From Planktothrix tepida (GTDB lineage Bacteria > Cyanobacteriota > Cyanobacteriia > Cyanobacteriales > Microcoleaceae): DNA of 64,000 nt. A program made the position numbers and the translations under genes. A model generated the notes under the pieces. It searched no databases, had not been told where the DNA came from, and saw nothing but the letters and a program-made list of their open reading frames with translations. Positions 11,434 to 20,891 of this stretch are shown here, in pieces (within the stretch, counting starts at the first letter, position 1; the number at the start of each line of letters is the position of its first letter). The DNA lies in the NCBI RefSeq assembly GCF_904830955.1, contig NZ_LR882970.1; one strand, written 5' to 3'.

Positions 11434-14079
11434 ATGGTAGGTCAAACCTTTACAGCCTCGAAAGAAGGGCATCAAAAGATTCAAACTGCGATCGCAGATA
11501 GAAAATGGAAAGTCAGCGAACAGGATACTAGGCCTTTGGTTATTGCTTGTTATAGGTATATTGAGGAATATCAACAAAAGCATCAGCTAAGTGATAATGA
11601 CCCTCGGTGGTTGAAAGATTTTGAACAAATTTTTCGAGTTGAAAGGGATAAACGCCAAACTCAAGAACAAAAACAGGAAAAATTAGATAAAATCAAGTGG
11701 GAAATTTTAAAAAATAATAAATTTACTTTTTTAGGAAAAATTAAAACATTGATTGATTCTGGGGAAATTTATGTTCAAAATATTTCTTGGGGAACTTGGA
11801 GCCGATTTGCTTCTCATAAAACAATATATCCAGTTAACGTAAATGCTTTTAAAATTTATTGTGCTATTCTGGATTTAGATTGGCGAAAAATAGCTGAGAA
11901 TGAACCTCAACAATTTGATAATTTTTCCTTAAAATCTAATTTAGATGAACTTCCCCATCAGCCTATATTTTATGGAAGAGAAAATGAGTTAAATCAGTTA
12001 TTAGAATGGCTGAGTAATAAACAAACAAGAGTTATTTTACTATTAGGAATGGCTGGAATTGGTAAAACAAGTTTAATCGTAAATCTTTTAGAGCAAATCA
12101 CAGATCAGTTTGAGTGTATTATTTATAAAAATTTATCTAATCCTAAGCCTTTTTCTTTATTTTTGCATGATTTAACTGAACAACCTACAAATGTTACAGG
12201 AGATATAAAACCCATTATTGATTATTTTCGTAACCATCGTTGTTTACTGATATTAGATAATTGGGAAGAACTTTTAAAATCCGAACATTTAGCGGGTTAT
12301 TACCGCCAGGAATACGAAAAGTATGGAGATTTATTAAACCAAATCGCTAAAACATCTCATCAAAGTTGTGGGCTTTTTATAAGTCAAGAAAAACCGAGAC
12401 AATTTGAACTGTTATTATCTCAACAAATGCCAGTTTATTCCTGGGATTTAAAGGGATTAGATCCAGCATCTGCTCTCCAGATTTTTGAACAGCAAGGATT
12501 GGGAAAAGATACTCAATCTTTAACTAATTTAATCAGACGTTATAGTTATCACCCTGGAGTTCTTAACCTGGTAGCACAGGATATTAAACAAGAATTTAAT
12601 GGAAATATTTTACAATATTTTAAACAAAGTTCACTCCTAGTAAGTGATGTCATTAGTAACTATATTATCCAGGCATTTACTAAACTATATAAAATCATTT
12701 CTCTGTTTCAACAAGAAGCAAAAGTATTACAAAAATTAGCTCATCCTGGTATCCCTAAAGGTTATGATTACTTTACTATTACCCCAGAAGTTTATTTAAC
12801 GCCATTACATTGTTTAGTCATGGAAAAAGTTACTGGAGAAAATTTAGAACAGTGGTTAGAAAAAAATCAAAAAATTACCGATATAAAAATGGCAATAAAT
12901 TGGTTAAAACAACTAACGGAAACTATTGCTCTAATTCATCAAGAGAAACTGATACACCGAGATATTAAACCAGAAAATATTATCCTAAAGTCTGAGGGAA
13001 CTTTAGTTTTAATTGACTTTGGTGCTGTTAGACAAATGACAACAACTTATTTAATTAAGATGGGTAAAAATGAATCTGGTACAAAAATTGTATCTCCCCT
13101 ATATACACCACCAGAACAAGAATTTACAGGTTTATGTTTTCCTCAATCAGATTTTTTTGCATTAGGGCGCACTTTTGTGAGTTTATTAACAGGAAATAAT
13201 CCTGAAGATTTTGCCAAAAACACACTTAAAGATGAATTTCAATCTTTAGCAAAATTAATTAACTATATGATCGAAGAATATCCGGGTAAACGTCCTCAGA
13301 ATACATCAATTATTTTACAATACTTAGACGCGATAGAACAAGAAAAAAACGAAAATATTAATCAAATTTTAGAGCTAATAAAACACCAAAATTATTGGCA
13401 TTATTTCTTTTTAATTCAAAAACAAAAATTTTTATTAAATACAATTCCTATAGCTACCTTTTTAGTTGTAACCTCTCTAATTTTATCTTTATTATCACCT
13501 CAAATTGCTAGACAACTTAATGATCGTGGTTTACAAGCATTTAAGCAATCCAATTATAATAGTGCTTTATGGCAATATCGTTTAGCCTTATTTTTCAATA
13601 ATAAATCTGTTTCGGCTCATCATAACTTAGGATTACTTTATGACAATCAAGAACAATTAGGTTCAGCCAAAAATGAATATCAAAAAGCTATTGATATAGG
13701 AAATTTGGACGAATCTTACAATAATTTAGCTCGTTTAGAAATCTTAACAGGTAATTACAATCAAGCTATTACTTTAATTGAGACCAGTTTAAAAATTAAT
13801 CCTAATTCTGAGATTAACCCTAAACATGATCTATATAAAAATTTAGGCTGGTCACAATTAAAATTAGGACAATTATCAGCAGCTAAACAATCTCTAAAAC
13901 AAGCTATTGACTTAAAGTTAAATCTAGCACCCCCTTACTGTTTAATGGCGCAAGTATTAGAAGCTGAACAAAAGCCAGCACAGATAGAATGGCAAAAATG
14001 TTTAACTTATTCTGCTCCAGATAATCAGCCAGAAATCAAAGAATGGCAGGAATTAGGAAAGCAGAAAGTTAAACAATAA
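11434..14079 (+). CDS. Multidomain STAND protein: N-terminal HTH-like domain - NB-ARC NTPase - Ser/Thr protein kinase - TM segment - TPR repeats
   Basis: Walker A is ILLLGMAGIGKTSLI. A GHPGVLN motif is present. The kinase catalytic loop is HRDIKPENIIL, with DFG and a PPE motif. A hydrophobic segment is IATFLVVTSLILSLL. C-terminal TPR-like units follow. Confidence 0.8.
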   Translation: MVGQTFTASKEGHQKIQTAIADRKWKVSEQDTRPLVIACYRYIEEYQQKHQLSDNDPRWLKDFEQIFRVERDKRQTQEQKQEKLDKIKWEILKNNKFTFLGKIKTLIDSGEIYVQNISWGTWSRFASHKTIYPVNVNAFKIYCAILDLDWRKIAENEPQQFDNFSLKSNLDELPHQPIFYGRENELNQLLEWLSNKQTRVILLLGMAGIGKTSLIVNLLEQITDQFECIIYKNLSNPKPFSLFLHDLTEQPTNVTGDIKPIIDYFRNHRCLLILDNWEELLKSEHLAGYYRQEYEKYGDLLNQIAKTSHQSCGLFISQEKPRQFELLLSQQMPVYSWDLKGLDPASALQIFEQQGLGKDTQSLTNLIRRYSYHPGVLNLVAQDIKQEFNGNILQYFKQSSLLVSDVISNYIIQAFTKLYKIISLFQQEAKVLQKLAHPGIPKGYDYFTITPEVYLTPLHCLVMEKVTGENLEQWLEKNQKITDIKMAINWLKQLTETIALIHQEKLIHRDIKPENIILKSEGTLVLIDFGAVRQMTTTYLIKMGKNESGTKIVSPLYTPPEQEFTGLCFPQSDFFALGRTFVSLLTGNNPEDFAKNTLKDEFQSLAKLINYMIEEYPGKRPQNTSIILQYLDAIEQEKNENINQILELIKHQNYWHYFFLIQKQKFLLNTIPIATFLVVTSLILSLLSPQIARQLNDRGLQAFKQSNYNSALWQYRLALFFNNKSVSAHHNLGLLYDNQEQLGSAKNEYQKAIDIGNLDESYNNLARLEILTGNYNQAITLIETSLKINPNSEINPKHDLYKNLGWSQLKLGQLSAAKQSLKQAIDLKLNLAPPYCLMAQVLEAEQKPAQIEWQKCLTYSAPDNQPEIKEWQELGKQKVKQ

Positions 14080-14140
14080 TGATTTTATAAAACCAAACTA
14101 GACTGCCTATAATCTAGGCAAATCTAGTTAGAATTACAAA

Positions 14141-14314
14141 CTACTTTGTTCCTCCTGTATTACCATCTGGACAATTATGATTAACCTTAACTTCAAAAGG
14201 ATCTGGAGAAGCAAAAGCAGGTTGATTATAAGGCAAAATATCACCCATGAATCTTACAGTATGAACCATTAAACTCACAATCAGTAAAATTTGGGTTAAA
14301 GAAAGACGTTTCAT
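14141..14314 (-). CDS. Possible small secreted peptide (57 aa; below the ORF-track length cutoff)
   Basis: ATG...TAG ORF translating to MKRLSLTQILLIVSLMVHTVRFMGDILPYNQPAFASPDPFEVKVNHNCPDGNTGGTK. It has an N-terminal hydrophobic signal-like segment. It lies in the 0.5-kb gap between two STAND genes. Coding potential was not verified. Confidence 0.25.
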   Translation of the reverse strand: MKRLSLTQILLIVSLMVHTVRFMGDILPYNQPAFASPDPFEVKVNHNCPDGNTGGTK

Positions 14315-14560
14315 CACAGATTACCTCTCAATAATGGGATGAGAAGCTCGTTGGCCAACTGTGCTTACTCGTATATTTCCAGAATGCTTGATAATGAATG
14401 GTTTGAAGGCTCAGTTTGTTCAATCTACTTGGCGAAATAAAATGAACTAAAACTGAACCCTTAAACCTATAAATCAATGTTCTCGTAGCGAGTCAAAATG
14501 GTCGATACAGCAAAAATCTAGTTAAAATCAGGACTTTAACATCTGATATAATGAGAAGTC

Positions 14561-14600
14561 AGGTAAAGTCAGGTAAAGTCAGGTAAAGTCAGGTGAGGGT
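14561..14600. repeat. 4 x 10-bp tandem repeat (GTCAGGTAAA) immediately upstream of, and overlapping the start of, the NB-ARC gene
   Basis: The sequence reads aagtcaggtaaagtcaggtaaagtcaggtaaagtcaggtgagg directly. Confidence 0.85.
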
Positions 14601-14610
14601 GTTTAATCTT

Positions 14611-16005
14611 ATGACAGAGCAATTCAGCAACTTAAGTGAAGATGAAGCTTTGGAAGTAGCCAACAGATGTTTTTATGAAAAATTTGGAGAGAAACTTAGT
14701 GATATTGAGACAATTATTTTTAGAGAATCTTGGCAGAAAAAAACTTACAATACAATAGCTGAGAGCCATGCTTATAGTCAAAACTATCTTCAAAAAGATG
14801 TAGGAAATAAATTTTGGGATAAACTTTCAGAAGCATTAGGAGAAAAAGTAACTAAAAGGAATTTTAAAGCAGCTATTGAACGAAATTGTAAAGGCTATCA
14901 ACAAACCAATACTTTTGGTGGTACTCCTAAAGAGTATAGTGAAGAAACTTGGCAAAAAGAAAAAACTTATGGTCAATTTGTAGGACGAAATCCTGAAATA
15001 GAAGAACTCTTAAAATACCTAGAATCTGAACAAAAAAATAAAGTTTTAGGGATAATTGGAATACTGGGTATCGGTGGTTTAGGAAAAACTGCCCTTTGTC
15101 ATCAATTAGTATCCCAAGCTTATCATGCTAAATTATTCTCAAAAATTGCTTGGGTCAGAGCAAAAGTATATCAATATTATCCGGAACAAAATCAAACTAA
15201 TTCTAGCTCACGAGATTCTCGTTTAACCTTAAAAGATGCTATTAAAGACATTGGGAGTGAACTCAAATTACCTCATTTCGTATTACAAGATATTGAAAAG
15301 TGTAAAATTGAAATCAGTAAGATATTAAATAACACGCAAACTCTAATAGTTATTGATGGTTTAGAAGACACAGAAAGTCCTAAAGAATTAGCTAACGAAC
15401 TACGGAGTTTATTAGGGCAAAGTACCTTGATTTTAACCAGTAGAAAGGGAACAGAGAGTGATATTTTTGAATATAGACTTGGTAAATTAAATCGTGATGT
15501 ATCGCGTGAATTTATTCAAGTCATTTCAAAAGAAAAATATCCAGTTAGTCAAAATCCTATTCTTCAAGCTACAGAAGCTGAAATGGAAAAAATTTTAAAG
15601 ATTACTGATGGAATGCCTTTGGCGATGAAGCTTTTGGCCAGTCAATTGAAAAATTTGGATTTAGATCGCATTGTTGAACGCTTTGAGAATGTACCAGAAG
15701 GACAAGCATTGTATGATTATCTTTTTGAAGATAGTTGGCAAGAACTTTGTAATTTAAATGCTGTTTGGACTCAACATTTATTAATTAATCTTGCGGCTCG
15801 TAATCAACCCGTTCCGGTGAGGTTATTGTATGATCTTACTGATCAATTATCAAAAAACGAAGTTGATCATGCCTTGAGACTTTTAGTTAGATTATCTCTA
15901 GTAGATGTAAGTTCAGGATTAAGTAAACAAGTATCTTTACACTCTTTTACAGCCCGTTATTTTCGCTATACATTAAGAGAGAAATATGAACAACTTACCC
16001 AATAA
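14611..16005 (+). CDS. STAND NTPase (NB-ARC) with an N-terminal domain of unknown function of about 150 aa
   Basis: Walker A is VLGIIGILGIGGLGKTALCHQL. Walker B is LIVIDGLED. A GMPLAM motif is present. The ORF-track start at 14593 is a GTG. The first in-frame ATG (MTEQFSNL) is at 14611. Confidence 0.7.
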   Translation: MTEQFSNLSEDEALEVANRCFYEKFGEKLSDIETIIFRESWQKKTYNTIAESHAYSQNYLQKDVGNKFWDKLSEALGEKVTKRNFKAAIERNCKGYQQTNTFGGTPKEYSEETWQKEKTYGQFVGRNPEIEELLKYLESEQKNKVLGIIGILGIGGLGKTALCHQLVSQAYHAKLFSKIAWVRAKVYQYYPEQNQTNSSSRDSRLTLKDAIKDIGSELKLPHFVLQDIEKCKIEISKILNNTQTLIVIDGLEDTESPKELANELRSLLGQSTLILTSRKGTESDIFEYRLGKLNRDVSREFIQVISKEKYPVSQNPILQATEAEMEKILKITDGMPLAMKLLASQLKNLDLDRIVERFENVPEGQALYDYLFEDSWQELCNLNAVWTQHLLINLAARNQPVPVRLLYDLTDQLSKNEVDHALRLLVRLSLVDVSSGLSKQVSLHSFTARYFRYTLREKYEQLTQ

Positions 16006-17344
16006 TGTTGAATTTTATAAAAATTATCTGAATTTATTGTATTCTAGTCCAGATACCTGGAGTCAAAACTGGTTAAAAAAAGCTCAAAAACTTAATGAAA
16101 AATTATTTAGTAATCAACCAGAACAATCAGAATCAGTAACAGAAATTATTGGGCAATTGCGAGATATTTTTGAGCAAATTAATTATGATGTTAATCAACA
16201 GAATTATGATGTTAATCAACAAAATATAAGAGATTATTGTCGAGTAATATTTAATTATTGTGAATTAACCCAAGATTGGCGAGATTGGGGAAATTGGACT
16301 GAACAAGAAATTGCTAAAGGTGTAGGAACAGATGCACCTTGGTTATATTGTGGTTTAGGACGTTATCTCGAAGAAATTGGTCAACTTCAAAAATCTATAG
16401 ACTATCATCAAGCAGGAATTTTAGCCAGTCAAGAAGCTGGTGATAAAATATTTTTAGCTTGGAATCATTTAGGAGCAGGAATAGCACTTCAACGTTATAA
16501 TCAACCTGATGATGCAGAAAGACATCTTTTGCAAGCTTTAAAACTATTTGAACAGCAAAATCATCTTTATTTACAAGCAAATACATTAGCTAATCTAGGC
16601 AGTTACTATGATCGATTTGACAAAAGTAATCTTGCTGTTAATTGTTATCAAGAATCGGCATCGATTTTGCGAGAAATAGAGAACTATTTTGATTTGGGTC
16701 GGATTCTTTATAGCCAGGGAATTGCTCATTTGAACCTGAACCAAATCAAGGAAGCGGAATTAGTTTTCTTAGACGCTCAAGAATTATGTGAAACAACAGA
16801 AAATTGGTATTTTCTTGCCTTGAGTTATTATGGAATGGGTTGGTTAGAATATAAAAAAAGTCATTTTCTAAAATCTAAAGATTTTTTGGAAAACTCCCTG
16901 CGACAAATTAAAAAAGCAAAGGAATTGGGAACAGGAGCAAGTCGGTTATCTTTCCCTGAAATTGAGGGAAATATCTATATTTTAGCAGCAGCAGCTTATA
17001 GCAAAGGTTCTCAGCCAAATTTTGAAGCTGCTGAAAGATATTTAGATCAGGCAGAACTAGCTTATAATCAGTTAGATTATGCTACAGAAAAGCTGCTTAA
17101 TGTACTTGCAAATCGAGCAAGAATATATGAATATTCTGAAAATTGGTCTCAAGCGATATTAGCTTTTTCAGAATTATTGAAAGAAGGAAAACGCTTAAAT
17201 TCCATGAAAATAATTGGAGATGCTGCTATCCATCTCATTCGTATCTACTATAAAAAATCAGCGTCCTTGGGAGAATGGCTGAAACTGTTGAATCAATTAG
17301 GTTATTTGGGCTTTATAAGTTTAGCAAAACGATTTCACCGTTAA
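15986..17344 (+). CDS. TPR/repeat protein, split sensor half paired with NB-ARC gene 14611..16005
   Basis: It overlaps the upstream NB-ARC gene by 20 nt in a different frame. It is a helical repeat protein with TPR-like W/Y/A/L periodicity. Confidence 0.6.
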   Translation: MNNLPNNVEFYKNYLNLLYSSPDTWSQNWLKKAQKLNEKLFSNQPEQSESVTEIIGQLRDIFEQINYDVNQQNYDVNQQNIRDYCRVIFNYCELTQDWRDWGNWTEQEIAKGVGTDAPWLYCGLGRYLEEIGQLQKSIDYHQAGILASQEAGDKIFLAWNHLGAGIALQRYNQPDDAERHLLQALKLFEQQNHLYLQANTLANLGSYYDRFDKSNLAVNCYQESASILREIENYFDLGRILYSQGIAHLNLNQIKEAELVFLDAQELCETTENWYFLALSYYGMGWLEYKKSHFLKSKDFLENSLRQIKKAKELGTGASRLSFPEIEGNIYILAAAAYSKGSQPNFEAAERYLDQAELAYNQLDYATEKLLNVLANRARIYEYSENWSQAILAFSELLKEGKRLNSMKIIGDAAIHLIRIYYKKSASLGEWLKLLNQLGYLGFISLAKRFHR

Positions 17345-17386
17345 GCTACTATTATATTATTAATTATTAGCCACTATTTATTTAAT

Positions 17387-18535
17387 TCAACTTTGTTTAA
17401 AACTGAAGAATAAAACCTGAGTTTTATGATAATCATCTTCACCCATTAAGACTAAACTTTGATTTCCATCCGGTAAACGAGAGCCTAACGTCATTCCATT
17501 TAACTGTTGTAAAGATATTCCTAAATCTTGTAAATCAAGTAATAATTTTTTTCGCACAGGTTGTACTTTAATTAAGTCTCCTTGTAAACTCACCATACGA
17601 GAGGTGTCCGTTGCATCTCCGGTGAATAACTGATAAATTTTACCCGTGTCTTTTGATTGTTCTAAACTCAGTAATATTCCCCCTTTAGCCGCTGCAATAT
17701 CCACTAAGCGTTGAGAGGTTTCATCTAGTAGATATAAGGTTTCAGAAACTAGAAAAGAAGCTCTATCTGCGATGACATAATGCAATAATCTTAATTTAGT
17801 TGAATTTTCTGGATCTCGATCTTGAATTAAAGGTTTTTCTGTCACCGTAAATAATCTAAAGGGATCTCGACCATCGGGACTAAAGCCATCGGGAGAAATT
17901 GTTAAGCCTTTAAAGCCAAATTTAGGTTCGACTCCTTGGGTTTGTTCAGATTCATTAAATTGGGGAAAATAAAAGGGAGAAAGAGGAACAGTATTTTTTA
18001 ATTGTCCGGTTATTAAATCGTATTCAGCAATTAAGGGAGGAGTGTTAACATTTTCTAAATTTTCCGTCGAAATAAACACAGAATGACGCGGAGAAAAGGC
18101 AATACTTTCAGGGTAAACTTGATTTTCCAAAAGCGGTTGATCCTGTTTATCCTTGAGTATTGTTAATCCGTCTATGGTAATATCTTTTAACGGGATAGAT
18201 TCAGACGGATCTAAGGTAAAGTTCAAGGTGTAAAACTTAGCTGGGGACTCTGTTTTTGCTGTATCTGATAACCCATAAAATCGAATTCTGCTATCCGTTG
18301 AGGTTCCATACCCCGGAACTTGATAAGTCAGAGATGATAACTTCTCGACAGATTGATGTTTCAATGTTGTTGAGTTTGATAATTCATATTTCCCTAAAAA
18401 ACTGAGCGATAAATCAACAAACATTCTCTCCTCTGCGGACACTTGCGGAATAGAACAAGCGGTTAAAAATACCAAACTACAGAATAAAATTGCCAGATTT
18501 TTAAAAAAGCTTTTATATTTTTTGCCAACTCTCAA
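17387..18535 (-). CDS. Predicted lipoprotein of unknown function (possibly phytase-like/esterase beta-propeller family)
   Basis: Signal peptide plus lipobox: MRVGKKYKSFFKNLAILFCSLVFLTAC. Family assignment is weak. Confidence 0.5.
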   Translation of the reverse strand: MRVGKKYKSFFKNLAILFCSLVFLTACSIPQVSAEERMFVDLSLSFLGKYELSNSTTLKHQSVEKLSSLTYQVPGYGTSTDSRIRFYGLSDTAKTESPAKFYTLNFTLDPSESIPLKDITIDGLTILKDKQDQPLLENQVYPESIAFSPRHSVFISTENLENVNTPPLIAEYDLITGQLKNTVPLSPFYFPQFNESEQTQGVEPKFGFKGLTISPDGFSPDGRDPFRLFTVTEKPLIQDRDPENSTKLRLLHYVIADRASFLVSETLYLLDETSQRLVDIAAAKGGILLSLEQSKDTGKIYQLFTGDATDTSRMVSLQGDLIKVQPVRKKLLLDLQDLGISLQQLNGMTLGSRLPDGNQSLVLMGEDDYHKTQVLFFSFKQS

Positions 18536-18668
18536 TTTTCTTTCCTCCTGAATTCTATCCTGCTATTATCCCATATTTTATCAGGTTTCAGTAGCATTGA
18601 CGGTTGCTTCTAGGGTACAATTGATTTATGCTGGCTATAATCGCTTTTAAGAATACACCGTTAACCTT

Positions 18669-19994
18669 ATGATCAATCGCAAAAGTCTTACCATTCAAAC
18701 ATTAAATTATATTGTAATGGTTGTTGTTATAATTTTATATGGTTTCGGAAATATGGGAATTGCGATCGCAGAAAAGAAAAAAGAAACTGAACCTGAAAAA
18801 CCCTTATTAGATGATTTTTCTCCTAACCCGTTATTCAGTAAAGAACCCGACCATTTACTTCCTTCTCCCCCTTCTGAAGGACAAATTTTAGGCAAAAGTC
18901 AACAGGACATATTAGAACCAGAATTAGCCAAACTGAATGTAGAAGCCACCGCATTATTAGCCGCCCAAAATATTCCGGGTGCGTTTGAATTATGGAACCG
19001 AGAGTTAAGAATTCGTCGTTATTTTGGATTATCTCAAGAAATTGCTGCTTTAAATCGGGTGGGATTAATTGCTTGGAATAATAGTCAACGACTCTATATA
19101 AAATTTATCACTGAACGTCTGGATCAAATTTTACAAAAACTGCAAACAGAAAAGAATAATAATTTAGAATTATGGCAATTTTTGGGATTAGCTTTTAAGA
19201 ATGTTAGAGCTAAAAATCAAGCTTTAATTGTTTATCAAACTTTATTAGAAACGGCTAACAAAAGTCAAGATATTTTAGCCGAAGAACAATATTTTAATGA
19301 GATTGCTCAAATTTATATGAATTGGTTAGATTATCCCAAAGCCTCGGAAACCTATGAAAAACTATTAGAATTACAGCAGGAAATTCGTACCGTACAAGGG
19401 GATAGGCTACCTCCTCAACCCCAACCAGCTACACCCGAAAATCCCAACCCGACACCACCACCGAGTGAAGTGCGATCGCTGCAACAATTAGCGTTTATTT
19501 ATGAACAAATTGGAGAATATTTAAAGGCTATTTCTGTTCGGGAAAGACTAGCAGGCTATTATGCAAATCAACCTAATTTATTTCCCATTCCTGAAATTAA
19601 ATTAGCCATTGGTGGGAATTATGAAAAATTAGGACAATTTGAACAAGCCGGATTAACTTATCAGGAAGCTTATGGTATTGCGACCTCTATTCAACAGTTT
19701 GATAACGCCAGTGAAGCATTAGGAAGATTAGGGAAACTTTATCGTTCTCAAAACCAAATTAAAACCGCTTTAGATATTTATCAAGCTCAAGTTTTAGTCA
19801 ATCAACAAGCTTATAATTATTATGGCATGATGAATGCTTATGATCAAATCGGGGATATTTATTTATCTCAAAAAGCCTATCAATCTGCGATCGCAGCCTT
19901 TCAACAAGGATTAGCCTTAGCACAACAGTTAAAATACAGAGAGGATTATTTTGTGAAAAAAATTGATATTGTTAACCGTCAAATGAATCAATAA
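18669..19994 (+). CDS. Membrane-anchored TPR-repeat protein with a Pro-rich linker
   Basis: The N-terminal TM segment is IVMVVVIILYGFGNMGIAIA. The Pro-rich stretch is PPQPQPATPENPNPTPPPSE. Several TPR-like units are present. Confidence 0.6.
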   Translation: MINRKSLTIQTLNYIVMVVVIILYGFGNMGIAIAEKKKETEPEKPLLDDFSPNPLFSKEPDHLLPSPPSEGQILGKSQQDILEPELAKLNVEATALLAAQNIPGAFELWNRELRIRRYFGLSQEIAALNRVGLIAWNNSQRLYIKFITERLDQILQKLQTEKNNNLELWQFLGLAFKNVRAKNQALIVYQTLLETANKSQDILAEEQYFNEIAQIYMNWLDYPKASETYEKLLELQQEIRTVQGDRLPPQPQPATPENPNPTPPPSEVRSLQQLAFIYEQIGEYLKAISVRERLAGYYANQPNLFPIPEIKLAIGGNYEKLGQFEQAGLTYQEAYGIATSIQQFDNASEALGRLGKLYRSQNQIKTALDIYQAQVLVNQQAYNYYGMMNAYDQIGDIYLSQKAYQSAIAAFQQGLALAQQLKYREDYFVKKIDIVNRQMNQ

Positions 19995-19995
19995 T

Positions 19996-20042
19996 CAGTT
20001 GTCAGTTGTCAGTTGTCAGTTGTCAGTTATCAGTTATCAGTT
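19996..20042. repeat. STRR-like heptamer tandem repeat (4x CAGTTGT + about 2.5x CAGTTAT)
   Basis: The sequence reads cagttgtcagttgtcagttgtcagttgtcagttatcagttatcagtta directly. It sits between convergent genes and overlaps the stop of 20030..20683. Confidence 0.9.
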
Positions 20043-20683
20043 AGAAGAATATTGTCATTAATATTTTCAATCCAATTAAAAATAGGATCGTTAGGATGAC
20101 AATGGTAAACGACTTGATATAACTCTCTAATTAACTGTTTAACAATGGTTGGATTTAATTTTTCTAAGTTATGATCATGAGGCATAACCATCAACAGCAT
20201 CTCTGTGGTTTTAGTGCCATCTAAAGCAGGTAAAATATAAATAATATTTTTTAACGTTTTTGCTCCTAAGCGTGTATAAAATCCGACTCTGCGTTGCTTT
20301 AATTCCCGATCTTCTCCAAAATCAGGATGTTCAACTTCTAAGACTAAAGTTTTAGATTGGTTTTTAACGAAATCAATTATATAATTCAAAAATTGAGAGC
20401 CGATTTTAATATTTCTTAAATGGGGAACTGTTGCTAAATAAGCTAATAAGATAAAATCCTGACTGGGAAGAAAATATAAAATTGACATTAAAGCCAATTG
20501 ATCTTGATAATAACCCCCCCAGAGTTGAGCTTTTTTCGCTAGAATTGCTTCTTGTATGCAAGCAACCGAAACTCGTTCATAAGCAGGAAATGTTTGTTCA
20601 TAAAGAGCGATCGCCACTTTAAAATCAGGATGATCAGGATTTTGAATGAGCTTAAATTGAATTTGCGGATTAGTTGAATACAT
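20030..20683 (-). CDS. GNAT-family N-acetyltransferase-like protein
   Basis: RNIKIGSQFL resembles GNAT motif A (R/Q-x-x-G-x-G/A). At 217 aa the assignment is moderate. Confidence 0.45.
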   Translation of the reverse strand: MYSTNPQIQFKLIQNPDHPDFKVAIALYEQTFPAYERVSVACIQEAILAKKAQLWGGYYQDQLALMSILYFLPSQDFILLAYLATVPHLRNIKIGSQFLNYIIDFVKNQSKTLVLEVEHPDFGEDRELKQRRVGFYTRLGAKTLKNIIYILPALDGTKTTEMLLMVMPHDHNLEKLNPTIVKQLIRELYQVVYHCHPNDPIFNWIENINDNILLTDN

Positions 20684-20824
20684 AGGAGATTTTAGTTTAA
20701 AGGGAAATGATCGCCGTCCAGAAACCAGGTTTCTCCACAGATCTTAATTTGATACCATTAATCTCCCATAGAAACCTGGTTTTTAGTTCACGCAACTTAA
20801 CCCTACCATAAATCCGCACACCTC

Positions 20825-20853
20825 TTGACAGTATGTTACAAATGTAATATAAT
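20825..20853 (+). promoter_or_regulatory. Consensus sigma70-type promoter (TTGACA-17 nt-TATAAT) about 40 nt upstream of rtcB
   Basis: TTGACA lies at 20825-20830 and TATAAT at 20848-20853 with an exact 17-nt spacer. A second TTGACA is at 20853. Confidence 0.5.
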
Positions 20854-20891
20854 TGACATAAATCAATATTTAGATAGACTATAAAACTCTT

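Noticed and set aside
14593-14610. GTG start at 14593 for the second NB-ARC gene
   Set aside because: The ORF-track start is a GTG embedded in the 10-bp repeat. The in-frame ATG at 14611 (MTEQFSNL) is preferred, though the GTG cannot be excluded.
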